The notes under the pieces: model-generated
The model's database searches: none
What the model was told of the DNA's origin: nothing
The model's input: only the letters and a program-made list of their open reading frames with translations
Position numbers and translations under genes: made by a program
Shown: positions 43,022 to 54,585 of the stretch, piece by piece
How positions within the stretch are numbered: position 1 is the first letter of the stretch
How the letters are laid out: every line of letters begins with the position of its first letter
DNA from: an uncultured Rivularia sp.
GTDB taxonomy: Bacteria; Cyanobacteriota; Cyanobacteriia; Cyanobacteriales; Nostocaceae
Assembly (NCBI GenBank): GCA_963665115.1
Contig: OY762007.1
Location: 7,520,001 to 7,584,000 of the forward strand
Length of the DNA: 64,000 bases
Direction: 5' to 3'

Positions 43022-44291
43022 TCAATTATCAGTTATCAATTGTTTATCGTTCGTTGCCAATTGTTCATTGTTAACTGATAATTGTTCATTGTTTATTGCT
43101 TTGCTCATTACTTGATAGAGTTTTTGAGCTTCGATATTTATATTAAATTCTTTTTCTACTTTATTTCTTCCTGCGATGCCGAATTTAGTTCTTAATTCGG
43201 CATTATTAAGTAGCTTTTCAATGCTTTGAGCCAAGGAAATTGTATCGCCAGGAGGCACTATATAACCGCTAACTCCATTTTCTACTAATTCGCTGACTCC
43301 GGCAATTTGTGGAGCAACTACAGGTACTCCTGCTGCCATTGCTTCCATTAAGACTACGGGTACTCCTTCGGCGAAGCTAGATGAAACAAACACGTCTGCT
43401 TCTTCAAAGTATTTACGTACTTCTGTTTGCGACTTATAGCCAACAAAATTTACATTGCTGCTTAAACCTAAATCGACCGTCATCTGTTCCAGATAAGTGC
43501 GATCGCTACCATCACCAACCACAGTTAATGTAACATCTGGATGTTGTTGCTTGAGTGAAACTAAGCTTTGCAATAGTATCGGTAAACCTTTGACAGCGGA
43601 GAGTCTAGCGACAAAAAGCAAGCGTTTTCCTTTACCTTGATGAGATACAATATTAAATAATGCCGGGTCGATACCGCAGTGAATGATTTGCAGTTGGTTC
43701 CATTTTTCTATCGGTGAAAATATCATTCCCTGACTGCGACAATAGTTACTAATACAGCTTACAAACAAGGCTCTGTTTATTTTTTCGTCTAGTCTCCAAT
43801 GATACGGTTCAAAGAAAATATAGGGGCCATGCAATGTAAAGCTATAGCTAAAACCCCCTAATTCTGCTGCTAACATCGCAACGCTACAGCTAGAATCTCC
43901 GAAATGGTTATGTAAATGTGGGATTTGTCTTCGTTTTATTTCGTGAGCAAGAATACCGGCTTCTAAAAAATAGAATAATTGATAGAGATTTCCGCGCAAT
44001 CCATGCAATCTAGTTGCTCGGGCTAATTTTAATCCAGCGAAATATCTTTTTGGAGAAGCGAGTAATAAATTTAGATGCGCTCGCAACACCTTTATCGCAT
44101 TTGGGGGAAGAATATAAAAAGTTTGATTTCGTTCTTGTTTTTGTTCTTCTCCCACCATATGTTTCTTCACCAGTAGGGCGCACGGAAAATGTCTCTACTT
44201 GTGCCCCTTGCTCGCGGAGAGCTGCAACCTCACGTTGAATAAAAGTATCTGTAGCTCTGGGATATTCTCCAGTTAAATAAGCAATACGCAT
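43022..44291 (-). CDS. Glycosyltransferase family 4 (WcaL-like), split by a +1 frameshift at about 44162-44164
   Basis: MRIAYLTGEYP..TDTFIQRE start; removing one A gives RPTGEEHMVGEEQKQERNQTF; HLHNHFG; EGVPVVLMEAMA. Confidence 0.88.
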
Positions 44292-44505
44292 AAATTAGGT
44301 TAAAGGTTAAAGTTTAAAGGTTAGGAGTTAGGAGTTGGGAATGAGGAGTGAGTAATAAGTAGTGAGTAGTGAGTAGTGAGTAAATGACTCTTTAGCATCT
44401 TATTGTTGTATAAATGTACGGCTGAACATTTTATACTTATTACTCATTACTTGCTACTCACTACTTCAACAAGCTCTCCTTGTCTCCCCATCACCCCCTC
44501 TCTCA

Positions 44506-45543
44506 TTAGGAAGCAACACCCGTCTTACTGGCTGCATCTGAAAATAAATCTATATCGCTACAGCTACGTTTTAAAGCTCGATCTAGAGAGTATGAGGGTT
44601 GCCAATCCAATATATTTTGGGCTTTTTCGTTACTGTAGTGAAATGATTTAAAACGGGCTTCTAATCTTGCTGGGATAAAGATACCGGGTAGCTTCATTTT
44701 TCCGGAAAAAAGCACTTTATTAGAAAACCAAGCGCTACGCGATAATAAACGCATCAATCCCCAATTTATGCCAATTGTGGAAGGGTGACGCGATAGCAGT
44801 TGTAAAATTTTATCGGCGTAAACTTTTTGGGTTGGTAAATCCGAGTCAACAATATTCAAAGTTTTACCAATGGCTTCTTGACGCATACAAGCACTAACTA
44901 TGGCTTGGGCGCAGTTTTCTACATAAGTAAGGGGTAATTGGGAATTACCACCAATGCGAATCCACAAACGATTCTTTAAATTTACTCCCAAATGAGCGTT
45001 CCACAAGTTATTCCTTCCGTAAACTATCCCTGGACGGATAATGGTGACTTCTCCCTTATTTTTCTGCTCAAAATCTCGAAACAGACTTTCTTGAATTAAT
45101 TTAGTTTGGGCGTAAACGTCTCTATGTAAAGGCTGACTTTCGATAGGCGAATCTTCGTTGATAACTTCACCATCAGGTATACGCAGATAATCAAACACAC
45201 TAAATGTACTTACTGCCACTAAGCGTTTGATATTCACAGCTGCCATCGCTTTCAGTAAATTTTCGGTAGCGACTACAGTATTTGAATACTGCGTTTCATA
45301 GTTACCCTGTTTGGCTGCTGCTAAATGCACTATAGAGTCTGTACCTCTTATAGCTTCTTCAAGTCCTTGCGATCGCGTTAAATCTATACGTATCAATTCT
45401 AAATTTGAAGAATTGCGCCAAGGTAAACGTTTTTCATTACTAGTATGTCTAATTACCGCACGAACTTGAAAACCGCGTTGCAATGCTTCAGCAACTACGT
45501 ATTTTCCTAAAAATCCAGATGCTCCTGTAACTAGTAATTTCAT
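44506..45543 (-). CDS. NAD-dependent epimerase/dehydratase (extended SDR)
   Basis: VTGASGFLG, VHLAA, YAQTK and RPGIVYG motifs. Confidence 0.9.
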   Translation of the reverse strand: MKLLVTGASGFLGKYVVAEALQRGFQVRAVIRHTSNEKRLPWRNSSNLELIRIDLTRSQGLEEAIRGTDSIVHLAAAKQGNYETQYSNTVVATENLLKAMAAVNIKRLVAVSTFSVFDYLRIPDGEVINEDSPIESQPLHRDVYAQTKLIQESLFRDFEQKNKGEVTIIRPGIVYGRNNLWNAHLGVNLKNRLWIRIGGNSQLPLTYVENCAQAIVSACMRQEAIGKTLNIVDSDLPTQKVYADKILQLLSRHPSTIGINWGLMRLLSRSAWFSNKVLFSGKMKLPGIFIPARLEARFKSFHYSNEKAQNILDWQPSYSLDRALKRSCSDIDLFSDAASKTGVAS

Positions 45544-46658
45544 TTTTCAACAGCTTGATTAGTATTTACGATTTTGATATTTTTACTCCACTTGATTGAA
45601 GGTTTTTCTACCAAATGCCACATTAATGTCGCAAAGGCAATACTGATAGAAATTCCTGCTATTAAGCAAATAAATTCGCTCCAAATATTACGACCAAGCA
45701 ATTTAAATCCTACGAAATAAGCTGCGCCTATGATAAAAACATGGTTTAAATACAAGCTATACGATATTTTACCTAAAAATTGCAACCATCCCCAACTTAA
45801 CCAACCTTGTATCCGATTGGCTCGTGCGACTTCTAATAGTAGTATGGCAACAATTACGCTGGTAATTGCAAAACCTGAAAAATTAATTATTCCTGCCGGT
45901 AATAATATCCCGCAATATAAATAAAACCACAAAGGTTTTAAATTCTCGCGCCATGTCCAGTAGGCAAATACTCCCAGCAAAAAGCTATACAGTAAGGGTA
46001 AAATTATTATCGGTCTGGGATTATCAGTTCCGAACGCACCCAAAGGAAATAGAGCTGTTAACATCGCAACCGGAACGAATACAGCAACTCGACTCAAACT
46101 TAATTTCCATGAATTATCGAGCCACTGTACTAAACCTACTAAAGCTAAGAATACTAAATAGAACTGCACTTCTAAACATAATGTCCAATATACATCATCT
46201 ATATGTTGGAGCTTAAAAATGTCTTGTACATAAAATAGATGTGCAAAAAACCTTTGAAAAGATAAGGGCTGTCCCATCGGCTCAAAAGCTACACCTTTGG
46301 CAGTTGATGCGAAGAAAGCAAAGGCTAAAGTGACAAGGATTGATACATAGTAAGGTGGACTAAGCCTTACAAACCGTTTGATAGCAAAATTTTTGAAATA
46401 GTTAAAGTCAATTTTGGCGTTACGTAATGAATATGCCATCACGAAACCACTCAGAACAAAAAAGATCGCAACACCCCTACTTCCCCATCTAAACGCTATA
46501 TCCACAAACCATTCAGGCAGAGAGCTAGTTAATTGAGAAATACGTCCATCTGGATCGGCATGATATAAGACTACCCAAAAAGCTCCCACACCTCGCAATC
46601 CATCAATAAATAGGAAGTGAATTTTAGGCTTTGCAACTGTAGTATTCGATAATACCAT
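45540..46658 (-). CDS. Acyltransferase-3 (OafA-like) membrane O-acyltransferase
   Basis: IDGLRG, GVAIFFVLSGF, RFVRLSPPY, WTLCLEVQFY, ISYSLYLNH and VEKP motifs. Confidence 0.92.
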   Translation of the reverse strand: MVLSNTTVAKPKIHFLFIDGLRGVGAFWVVLYHADPDGRISQLTSSLPEWFVDIAFRWGSRGVAIFFVLSGFVMAYSLRNAKIDFNYFKNFAIKRFVRLSPPYYVSILVTLAFAFFASTAKGVAFEPMGQPLSFQRFFAHLFYVQDIFKLQHIDDVYWTLCLEVQFYLVFLALVGLVQWLDNSWKLSLSRVAVFVPVAMLTALFPLGAFGTDNPRPIIILPLLYSFLLGVFAYWTWRENLKPLWFYLYCGILLPAGIINFSGFAITSVIVAILLLEVARANRIQGWLSWGWLQFLGKISYSLYLNHVFIIGAAYFVGFKLLGRNIWSEFICLIAGISISIAFATLMWHLVEKPSIKWSKNIKIVNTNQAVEK

Positions 46659-47601
46659 CTTGTTAATTCTCTCGCAGTTATTTGTAATTAGGTTTAAGCT
46701 TTAAAAGACAACTGCTGCTTTAGTGTCATTGATATAAAGACAAACAATCAGCTAATCGGAAACGTCCATGTTGGGTATAAATTATGTCGCTTCTTAAAGA
46801 ATTTACAGCAACATACTTATTTATAAGTACGACATCATTTTCAAGCCGAAATATACTTGTTTGAGATTTAAGCATTACTATGTTGTACTTTACAAATTGA
46901 TAGCACAAACTGCGTCTATTTTTAAAATTGTAGTTTTTACAATTAACTTAAACCTCGTTTTCAGTAACAGAACAATATTTGAACCATTCAAGGGACAGTT
47001 ACAAAAAACTCGTCTTTATGACACTGATAAGATTTTACGGCTAAAAACTTTTATTTTCCTAGTTTTTATGGTTGATTGTTCTGGATGCTATTTACTAGAA
47101 GCAAACAAAGCAATCTTTACAAAAACTTTAAACACTGATTGTTTTCTACATCTAAATTTTATATTTTTCAGGTAATTAAAAAATTTACTTTGTAAACAAA
47201 ATATGTTATTGTATCGAAGGATTTTAAATCAAGGAAAAATAGTTATCAAATTTACCTGCATATTAAATAATAATTTTTCCTGTTGCTTGTAAAGTATGAA
47301 ATAGATAGTAAAATGCGATTTCTTGAAGTAGTATTTTATATTTGATGAGCATGATTTCTATCTTAAAAATTCGCTCTAATCCTAATTATTACGCTAAAAA
47401 TTATTTATCAGGCATAAATAATTTTAGATAAATCTCCTAAAAAGAGTTGGTTTTATATAGTGACTATACTTCCCGAATTTTGCCAACGATAATATCAAGT
47501 TTAGAAATTTAGAGAATAATCAAGGCATAGTAAGTAAGTATAGAAGACCTCAATTAATTAGCCGATCTTGACAAGATTATAAATATTTATTCGGAAAAAA
47601 T

Positions 47602-48948
47602 ATGGCATCTGTAAAAAGGCTTGCTGTTTTAGGTGCAATTTGGACAATTGGTGGTTATGGTGCAAGTCAGATAATACGTTTTGGCAGTAACTTAATTTTA
47701 ACTCGTCTGTTAGTACCAGAGTTTTTTGGTCTGATGGCTATAGTTAACGTATTAAGAATGGGTATCGAACTATTCTCGGACGTGGGTATCTCTCCAAGTA
47801 TTATTAATAATAAAAGAGGTGATGAACCCGATTTCTGTAACACAGCTTGGACGTTACAGCTGGTACGTGGGATAGTTATTTGGTTTTTTGCTTTACTTGT
47901 TACTCAGCAAATAGCAAATTTTTATGAAGACGAACGACTGCTATGGTTAATTCCGATTGTCGGATTTTCTTCTGTTATCGATGGATTTAGTTCGACTAAT
48001 ATATATACTTGTCAGCGGAGATTAGATTTAGCTCGCTTTACTGTATTTGATTTCATTGTACAAATATTAACTGTAGCGACCTTGGTTTTACTCGCTTGGT
48101 TGAGTCCTACTATATGGTCATTGGCTTTAGGAAGTCTTGCAGGTGCCTTATACAGAACAATAGGTAGTCATTGGTTAATACCTAAAAGGGTCAATCGTTT
48201 TGCTTGGAATCGGGAAGCACTTAAAGAAATTCTATCCTTTGGTAAATGGATGTTTGTCTCATCAGCATTAATGTTTATGGCTGAACAATCCGATCGTTTA
48301 ATTCTGGGTAAGTTATTAAGCTCTGAACTTGAAGTATTAGGCATATATACAATAGCCTATGCTTTGGCGAACATACCCAAAGAAGTTATTAAAAAACTTA
48401 GTTATAGAGTTATATTTCCTGCTATCTCCAGTCAAGTTGATTTACCGCGTTCAAGTTTACGGGCTAAAATATTGCCTCAACGTAGATTAATGCTGATGGG
48501 ATTTGCTGTAGCTTTAGCTGCGTTGATAACCGTTGGCGATTTAATAATTGCCACACTTTATGACAGCAGATACGTGGAAGCAACATGGATGATGCCAATT
48601 TTATGCTGCGGTATTTGGTTTTCGTTGTTGTTTTATACTCTTAGTCCGGCTCTTTTAGCAATTAGCAAACCTTTGTATTCTGCCCAAAGCAATTTAGCTC
48701 GATTTGTGATGATTGGCGTAGTACTACCTCTAGCGTATTTCCGTTTTGGTATTTTGGGAGCAATTATTACAATTGCCTTTAGTGACTTACCTTTGTATAT
48801 AGTTAATTTGTATGGACTTTGGCAAGAAAAACTTTCTTGTATTAGTCAAGATATCCAGATGACTGCTATGTTTATCGCAATCCTAACTTTATTTATTTTC
48901 GTCCGTAATTATTTAGGTTTTGGGTTTCCAATCCAAGCCATACTTTAA
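47602..48948 (+). CDS. wzx: Wzx-type oligosaccharide flippase
   Basis: LILTRLLVPEFFGLMA, NTAWTLQLVRG, DRLILGKL motifs; about 12 TM segments. Confidence 0.9.
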   Translation: MASVKRLAVLGAIWTIGGYGASQIIRFGSNLILTRLLVPEFFGLMAIVNVLRMGIELFSDVGISPSIINNKRGDEPDFCNTAWTLQLVRGIVIWFFALLVTQQIANFYEDERLLWLIPIVGFSSVIDGFSSTNIYTCQRRLDLARFTVFDFIVQILTVATLVLLAWLSPTIWSLALGSLAGALYRTIGSHWLIPKRVNRFAWNREALKEILSFGKWMFVSSALMFMAEQSDRLILGKLLSSELEVLGIYTIAYALANIPKEVIKKLSYRVIFPAISSQVDLPRSSLRAKILPQRRLMLMGFAVALAALITVGDLIIATLYDSRYVEATWMMPILCCGIWFSLLFYTLSPALLAISKPLYSAQSNLARFVMIGVVLPLAYFRFGILGAIITIAFSDLPLYIVNLYGLWQEKLSCISQDIQMTAMFIAILTLFIFVRNYLGFGFPIQAIL

Positions 48949-49132
48949 ATAAAAATTACATTTCCAAGAGTTGACTATTGTTTATTTTCTCTATCTTAAA
49001 GCGGGGGTAAAAAATCTGAGTGAATCATAGATTTATTTCTTCTAAAGTCAGAATCGATCTCTGCCTAAATTAGTTAATTTTCATAGAACATATTTTAAAA
49101 TTCTTGACCCAAACAGTAAAAGGCATAATTAA

Positions 49133-50782
49133 ATGCTATTCAACTCAATTGAATTTCCTCTTTTTCTGGCTATTACCTATATCGGCTATCGGATTCTTCC
49201 TTTTAGAGGACAAAATCTTTTATTGTTAATCGCTAGTTATATTTTTTACGGATGGTGGGATGAGAGATTTTTATTTCTGATTGTTTTATCAACAACTATT
49301 GATTTTTGCTGCGGTTTAATGATTGATAAAGGAAGACTAACTTTATGGGAAAGATGTCTCCCTTCTGTCTATTTAATGTTAGCTAATATATTTTTTATTA
49401 CATTAAGTTGGGAAAATGTTATTTTCAATCCTTATTCTCTAAGTTTTTCAAAAAAGTGGTCAGAAATATTTGTTGATAGCTTATCGGGATGGGCTGTTTT
49501 TCTAGCTTTATTAGTCTTAATCATTCTCGCTAATTTAGCCTACTTTCCTTTAAGTCGTTTAGCCAAAAATAAACAGAAGAAAATATTTTTATCTGTTAGT
49601 ATCCTTGCAAATCTAGGAATATTGGGTATATTTAAGTATTTTAATTTCTTTGTTGACAGTGCAGAAAGCATTTTTGCAACTGTGGGAGTTCCAACAAATA
49701 TTTCCAGCTTAAATATTATTCTTCCTATAGGTATCTCTTTCTATACTTTTCAAACAATGAGTTATACCATTGATATTTATAGAGGGGAACTAAAAGCAAC
49801 GAATCGTTTCTTAGATTTTGCCTTATTTGTATCTTTTTTCCCACAATTAGTTGCTGGTCCAATTGAACGTGCATCTGAATTACTCCCCCGCATACTTGCT
49901 CCTAGAGAATTAAGTTTTAAACAATCAACTAGAGGTTTGTACTTAATTTTATTCGGATTATTTAAAAAAATTGCTATTGCAGACAGTATTGCTAAATCAG
50001 TCAATTCTATTTATGAAATCAGCGGACAACAGGTATCTTGGTTGGATGTTGTTTTAGCAACTTTCCTTTTTGCAATCCAAATTTATTGTGATTTTTCTGG
50101 CTATTCTGATATTGCTAGAGGAGTTTCCAAATTATTTGGAATTGAATTAATGCGTAACTTCAATCTTCCTTATTTTTCTCGGAATCCTAGTGAGTTTTGG
50201 CAAAGATGGCATATCAGTCTTTCAAGTTGGCTACGAGATTATTTATATATTCCATTAGGGGGTAATCGTCGAGGAAATGTTTATCGAAATTTAATGATAA
50301 CTATGGTCTTAGGAGGGCTATGGCATGGGGCTGGATGGAACTTCGTTTTGTGGGGATTTTATCAAGGAACTTTATTATGTATTTATCGATTCGGAAAAAA
50401 AGCTTTTTCATCCATCAGACTACTACCAAACTCTTGGTCAACGGTTAACTCTTTAATAACAACTGTAATCTTTTTCATATTTACTTGTTATGGTTGGTTA
50501 CTATTTAGAGCTAATTCTTTTGAACAAATTGCGAGCTTTACCCAGATATTATTCACAGATATAGGGAATTTTAGTATTTCAATATCAAAACCTACACTTG
50601 CTGGTGTATTTGGTCTTCCTTTGCTATTTTTTTATGAACTAATTGAATATAATAACCAAAGTGCTACGTTTTATCTAAAAATTCCTGCTATAGTTCGGGG
50701 TATTTTTTATGCTTTATTAACAACAATAATGATTATGGGTATGAGTAATGAACCAGAACAATTTATTTATTTTCAATTTTAA
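49133..50782 (+). CDS. MBOAT O-acyltransferase (AlgI/DltB/PatA-like)
   Basis: MLFNS, LPIGISFYTFQ, FFPQLVAGPIER, FWQRWHISLS, GLWHGA and C-terminal FIYFQF motifs. Confidence 0.94.
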   Translation: MLFNSIEFPLFLAITYIGYRILPFRGQNLLLLIASYIFYGWWDERFLFLIVLSTTIDFCCGLMIDKGRLTLWERCLPSVYLMLANIFFITLSWENVIFNPYSLSFSKKWSEIFVDSLSGWAVFLALLVLIILANLAYFPLSRLAKNKQKKIFLSVSILANLGILGIFKYFNFFVDSAESIFATVGVPTNISSLNIILPIGISFYTFQTMSYTIDIYRGELKATNRFLDFALFVSFFPQLVAGPIERASELLPRILAPRELSFKQSTRGLYLILFGLFKKIAIADSIAKSVNSIYEISGQQVSWLDVVLATFLFAIQIYCDFSGYSDIARGVSKLFGIELMRNFNLPYFSRNPSEFWQRWHISLSSWLRDYLYIPLGGNRRGNVYRNLMITMVLGGLWHGAGWNFVLWGFYQGTLLCIYRFGKKAFSSIRLLPNSWSTVNSLITTVIFFIFTCYGWLLFRANSFEQIASFTQILFTDIGNFSISISKPTLAGVFGLPLLFFYELIEYNNQSATFYLKIPAIVRGIFYALLTTIMIMGMSNEPEQFIYFQF

Positions 50783-50842
50783 ATCCTAATTGTTTTTATC
50801 AATTATTAAGTAGTTGTCAAATAATTTTACCCATAAATAACT

Positions 50843-52010
50843 ATGAAATTGGCTTACCAAAAAAAAATTACCTCCAGACCAATAACGCGAGACATCCTCA
50901 AAATTACGGGTGGTTTTTTAGGATTTATAATATTATTTGAAATTATTGTCAATCTCTTGTTCCCTTATCCTCAAGACCCTCAAAATACAAATCCGGGAAC
51001 ATTACCACTGTATTTCGATTATGGTAAATCTATTGAAGGTAAAGTTCGGCGACAATTAGGGACGAGTAAGGAGAACAGTGCGCCCATTGCTCAAGCTGGT
51101 TGGTTAGATCCTCAAAATTGGCAGACACTACCGAGCAAACCTAATACAAAACAAGACACACTGGTTGCTATTTATGGTATGTCCTTTACCAATGATGTTA
51201 GTAAAGCCATAAATAAGATAGAACCGCAAATTACAATCAGAAGAATTGACGGGGCCGACAGCACCTCCGAACCATTCTTTTGCTGCTTATTCTATCGATC
51301 GGGAAAATCATGATGCTGATGTTGTTATTTGGGGAATTTTAGCATCGAGCGTTCAAGGAATGAATGCTATGACTGGAATGACTTGGGGTGCTGAAGTCCC
51401 AGCACCTTTTACTTTCCCGAAGTATTATCTCGAACAAGGTAATTTAAAAGCTGTTTGGCCTTCTATTGACTCTTTGGAAAGTTTACGTCTAGCCAAACAG
51501 GATGAAAGCAAATGGCAAACTTTTGTAACTCAGTTGCAAAAGAATGACAATTTTTACAATACATTCTCTTTTGAACAGAATATTTTAGATAACTCGGCTA
51601 TTGTCCGCATGATTCGTCGAGCTTGGACGCAAAAATTTAAAAGTCAAAAACTTAGTCAAATTCACAGCCCTGAAGGTTTTGATAATAAGTGGGAAGGAAT
51701 CGCTGTCTTAAATGAAATGATAAAACAATTTGCTAAAACAGCTAAAGCTGATGGTAAACTTCCCATTATTCTTGTAATTAATAATGTAGGCTATGACGAT
51801 CATTTGTTTACAGCGATTGAACCAACCCTCAGCAAAGAGTCAATTCCTTACATAAGTACTCATGATATTGTTCCAGCTAGCAATATGACGAACTTTATAT
51901 CAGATGGTCATTTTACTCCAGAGGCTAATCAAAAAATCGCTCAAGAAGTTATAAAGTTAATTGAAAAAGAACATTCCGATGTTGCACCTAGTAAAGCCGA
52001 TACATTTTAA
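50843..52010 (+). CDS. Periplasmic SGNH-like partner of MBOAT (AlgJ/PatB-like), split by a +1 frameshift at about 51251-51254
   Basis: N-terminal TM; YGMSF block-I-like and DGHF (DxH) block-V-like motifs; removing one G gives RRIDGPTAPPNHS. Confidence 0.7.
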
Positions 52011-52253
52011 TTTAGCAATTAATCATCATGTAGGATCTTACTCCTTTCCCGGTGGAAGATTACCTAATTGAGCGAGGGGGAAGAGTGGGTAGAGGGGGGA
52101 GAAATCTTATAGGAAATCTTAAAGCAGAACGGAAATAATTAAAAATCGCTTACTCATTCTTCGTCCGTCGTAAATATTGTTTTGTTAAGTAGGGGAACAA
52201 AACAATGCAAATGTCATTCGTTTATAGATTCACTCAAAAAGTTGAATTGATAA

Positions 52254-53315
52254 TTGGTGATGGCATATCATTTAGCGCTCAGTAGTTTTGTTGATTTGAA
52301 GGAGATAAAACAAGATGCTCAAATTGGTAAACGTCCCGCTCATGTGATATTCGATATTAGTCAGCATTTGAATGCAAAAATACATCAACCAAGTAAAGGT
52401 TTTTTGTTACCAACTCATTTTATATGCGAAAACATCATAGGATGCAGACATGATTGGCTTTTAGCACGTAATCTCTCATCGATACTTACCGCAGATGATG
52501 TAATATTTTGCGCTGATGAAAACGTAGGATTACCTGTTGCAGCACTCTGTGGAGGAAGAAAGAAGGGGCCTAAAGTTGCTGTGTTTATCCATAATCTCAA
52601 CAGACTGCGGGGACGTTTAGCCTTGAAGCTATTTGACATCAGGAAAAGAGTTGATTTGTTTATGACAGCTAATCTAGAACAAGTCGATTTTCTACGCGAC
52701 TATCTGAATTTACCAGAACATCGGGTTTGTCTGTTTCCTTATCAACCTACAGATACATCATTCTTTACTCCGAAACTTGCTCCATCAAGGAAATCGCGTC
52801 CGTTAGTTGTTAGTGGAGGTTTGGAACAACGAGACTATCGAACTTTGGCACGAGCAATAGAATGTCTTGATGTTGATGTCAAAATTAGCGCTGCTTCTCC
52901 AATCAAAACTGTCAATTCGCAGACTTTCCCCGAAGTTATTCCGGAGAATATGTCGCATCGCTATTATGATTGGAATTCTTTGGTGCAGCTTTATAGCGAG
53001 GCTGACATTATTGCGATCGCACTTTGTGAAAATAATTTTCAAGCGGGTTTATCTACTTTGTTTGAGGCTCTTGCCTGTCGCAAGCCGGTTATCATAACTC
53101 GCTCGCCAGGAATTATCCAAGAATTAATCGATGCTAAAGCAGTATGGGGGGTAAATCCTGGTGATTCGGAGGGTTTGAATCAAGCAATTAACAGCCTGTT
53201 AATAAGTTTTAAACAGAGAGAGGATTTAGCCGATAACGGTTATCGGCTGGTACACGAACGTTACAATCACCACGCCTATGTCAAAGCTTTGGTTGAGCAA
53301 TTGACCAATATTTAA
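52254..53315 (+). CDS. Glycosyltransferase, GT4-like
   Basis: GLEQRDYRTL; AGLSTLFEALACRKPVI. Confidence 0.85.
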   Translation: MVMAYHLALSSFVDLKEIKQDAQIGKRPAHVIFDISQHLNAKIHQPSKGFLLPTHFICENIIGCRHDWLLARNLSSILTADDVIFCADENVGLPVAALCGGRKKGPKVAVFIHNLNRLRGRLALKLFDIRKRVDLFMTANLEQVDFLRDYLNLPEHRVCLFPYQPTDTSFFTPKLAPSRKSRPLVVSGGLEQRDYRTLARAIECLDVDVKISAASPIKTVNSQTFPEVIPENMSHRYYDWNSLVQLYSEADIIAIALCENNFQAGLSTLFEALACRKPVIITRSPGIIQELIDAKAVWGVNPGDSEGLNQAINSLLISFKQREDLADNGYRLVHERYNHHAYVKALVEQLTNI

Positions 53316-53620
53316 TCTTTGAGAATAGATATTTTGCTTTTAGACTACACGCATATTCAGGGTTGCATCGTCATATTTGCTTCAAGATTTAGAAGAGATT
53401 TTCAAGAAATAATTTTTAACATTTATAAGGAAGATGCTGATATAAGAATCCGTTTTTATTTCTGTTAGCGCAAGCGTGGCGGAGCCATATAACTCGTAGG
53501 GGCTAGGGAATAGGAAGCAGGGAATAGAAAATGTACTGAGTCTTTTAAGCGCAAAGCCCACGCTACGCGAACAAAATTCTGCTCCCGTAATCCTATAGTT
53601 ATAAAAAGAATAATTTGGAC

Positions 53621-53742
53621 GGGCAGGATGCCCCGCAGTCGCTACAACGGGGGGAACCCCCCTTCGGGTTCAGCATTTGCTCATGGGGGAAACCCCCAAG
53701 ATCGTAATGCTTCACCGCAACGCGCTGCTCTCCATCCTACAA
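53621..53742. repeat. Nested small dispersed repeats (GC-rich hairpins inside a GGGCAGGATG..CCATCCTAC palindrome)
   Basis: Two GGGGGAA(A)CCCC hairpins; GC-rich island in an AT-rich spacer. Confidence 0.7.
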
Positions 53743-53747
53743 GAATT

Positions 53748-54254
53748 TTATTTTGTAGCTTGCGAACGGTGTAAAATTGGCATAGCAAACAATCCCCATG
53801 CTAAACCTGTAATTAAGCCAAATGGCGTAACTATAATATTTTGAAAACTCCACCAGCCTAATATTTGCGCTGCCATTTCTAAAGGATAAGCCATCATTAA
53901 TACAGTAGCGATCGCCGCACCATTCCAACCGTATTGATGCAGCCAGTAAAAAGCTTTCCCTTTGTCCGTAATGTACAGTAAACGAGTAGCGAATAAACCC
54001 ATCACGGTACCGTAACAACGCATACATACAGCCATGAGGAAGGGGGATGCAAACTCAATCCCCATATGAGGTTGAGGACAAACGTGATGACCCATAAAAT
54101 AAATGATATTTGCTATTTGAGGTAAAATAGGCAACCCAGATGCAGCCAGAAAAGGAGCAATAATTGGCCCGATTACCATTCCTGTAAGTAGGAAATCAGT
54201 AATAAAACTTACGGGGTTAATTTGTAGTTGTCTGTTGAAAGTTGTTAGTTGCAT
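53748..54254 (-). CDS. Membrane protein, DUF2085-like
   Basis: TM helices with HVCPQP and AVCMRCYG motifs; ATG at 54254 preferred. Confidence 0.75.
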   Translation of the reverse strand: MQLTTFNRQLQINPVSFITDFLLTGMVIGPIIAPFLAASGLPILPQIANIIYFMGHHVCPQPHMGIEFASPFLMAVCMRCYGTVMGLFATRLLYITDKGKAFYWLHQYGWNGAAIATVLMMAYPLEMAAQILGWWSFQNIIVTPFGLITGLAWGLFAMPILHRSQATK

Positions 54255-54585
54255 TTGGTAAAAGCTTGTTTCTATGGTTCTTCCGCACAAAGGGATGCTA
54301 ATTAAAAACAGGTCGGGAGGAATAGGGAACAGCGGAAAACACAAGAGTGCGAATAATGTTAGTCAATAACTGTAGTCACACTTATATAACATTTTAATAG
54401 GTGATGCTTGCAACCGTCATGAGTTTTTGCGTCTCTAACCGCATCATAAAATTATATTATGACTTACTTGTAAATTCTCAATTTATTAGTGCTGAATTTG
54501 GTAAACATATTGGCTTGTCTGTTGATAAAATCTTAAAGATCAAGGTTGCAACACTCAGAAATTAAATTAGATTCAGGGTTTAAGT

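Noticed and set aside
46726..47175. ORFs 46726-46908 and 46861-47175
   Set aside because: Low-complexity AT-rich translations in a divergent promoter region with no recognisable motifs
49097..49108. 12-nt match (AAAATTCTTGAC) to the orphan right-end flank, upstream of the MBOAT gene
   Set aside because: Preceded by TTTT rather than TTAC, AT-rich, and the match stops at 12 nt; compatible with chance
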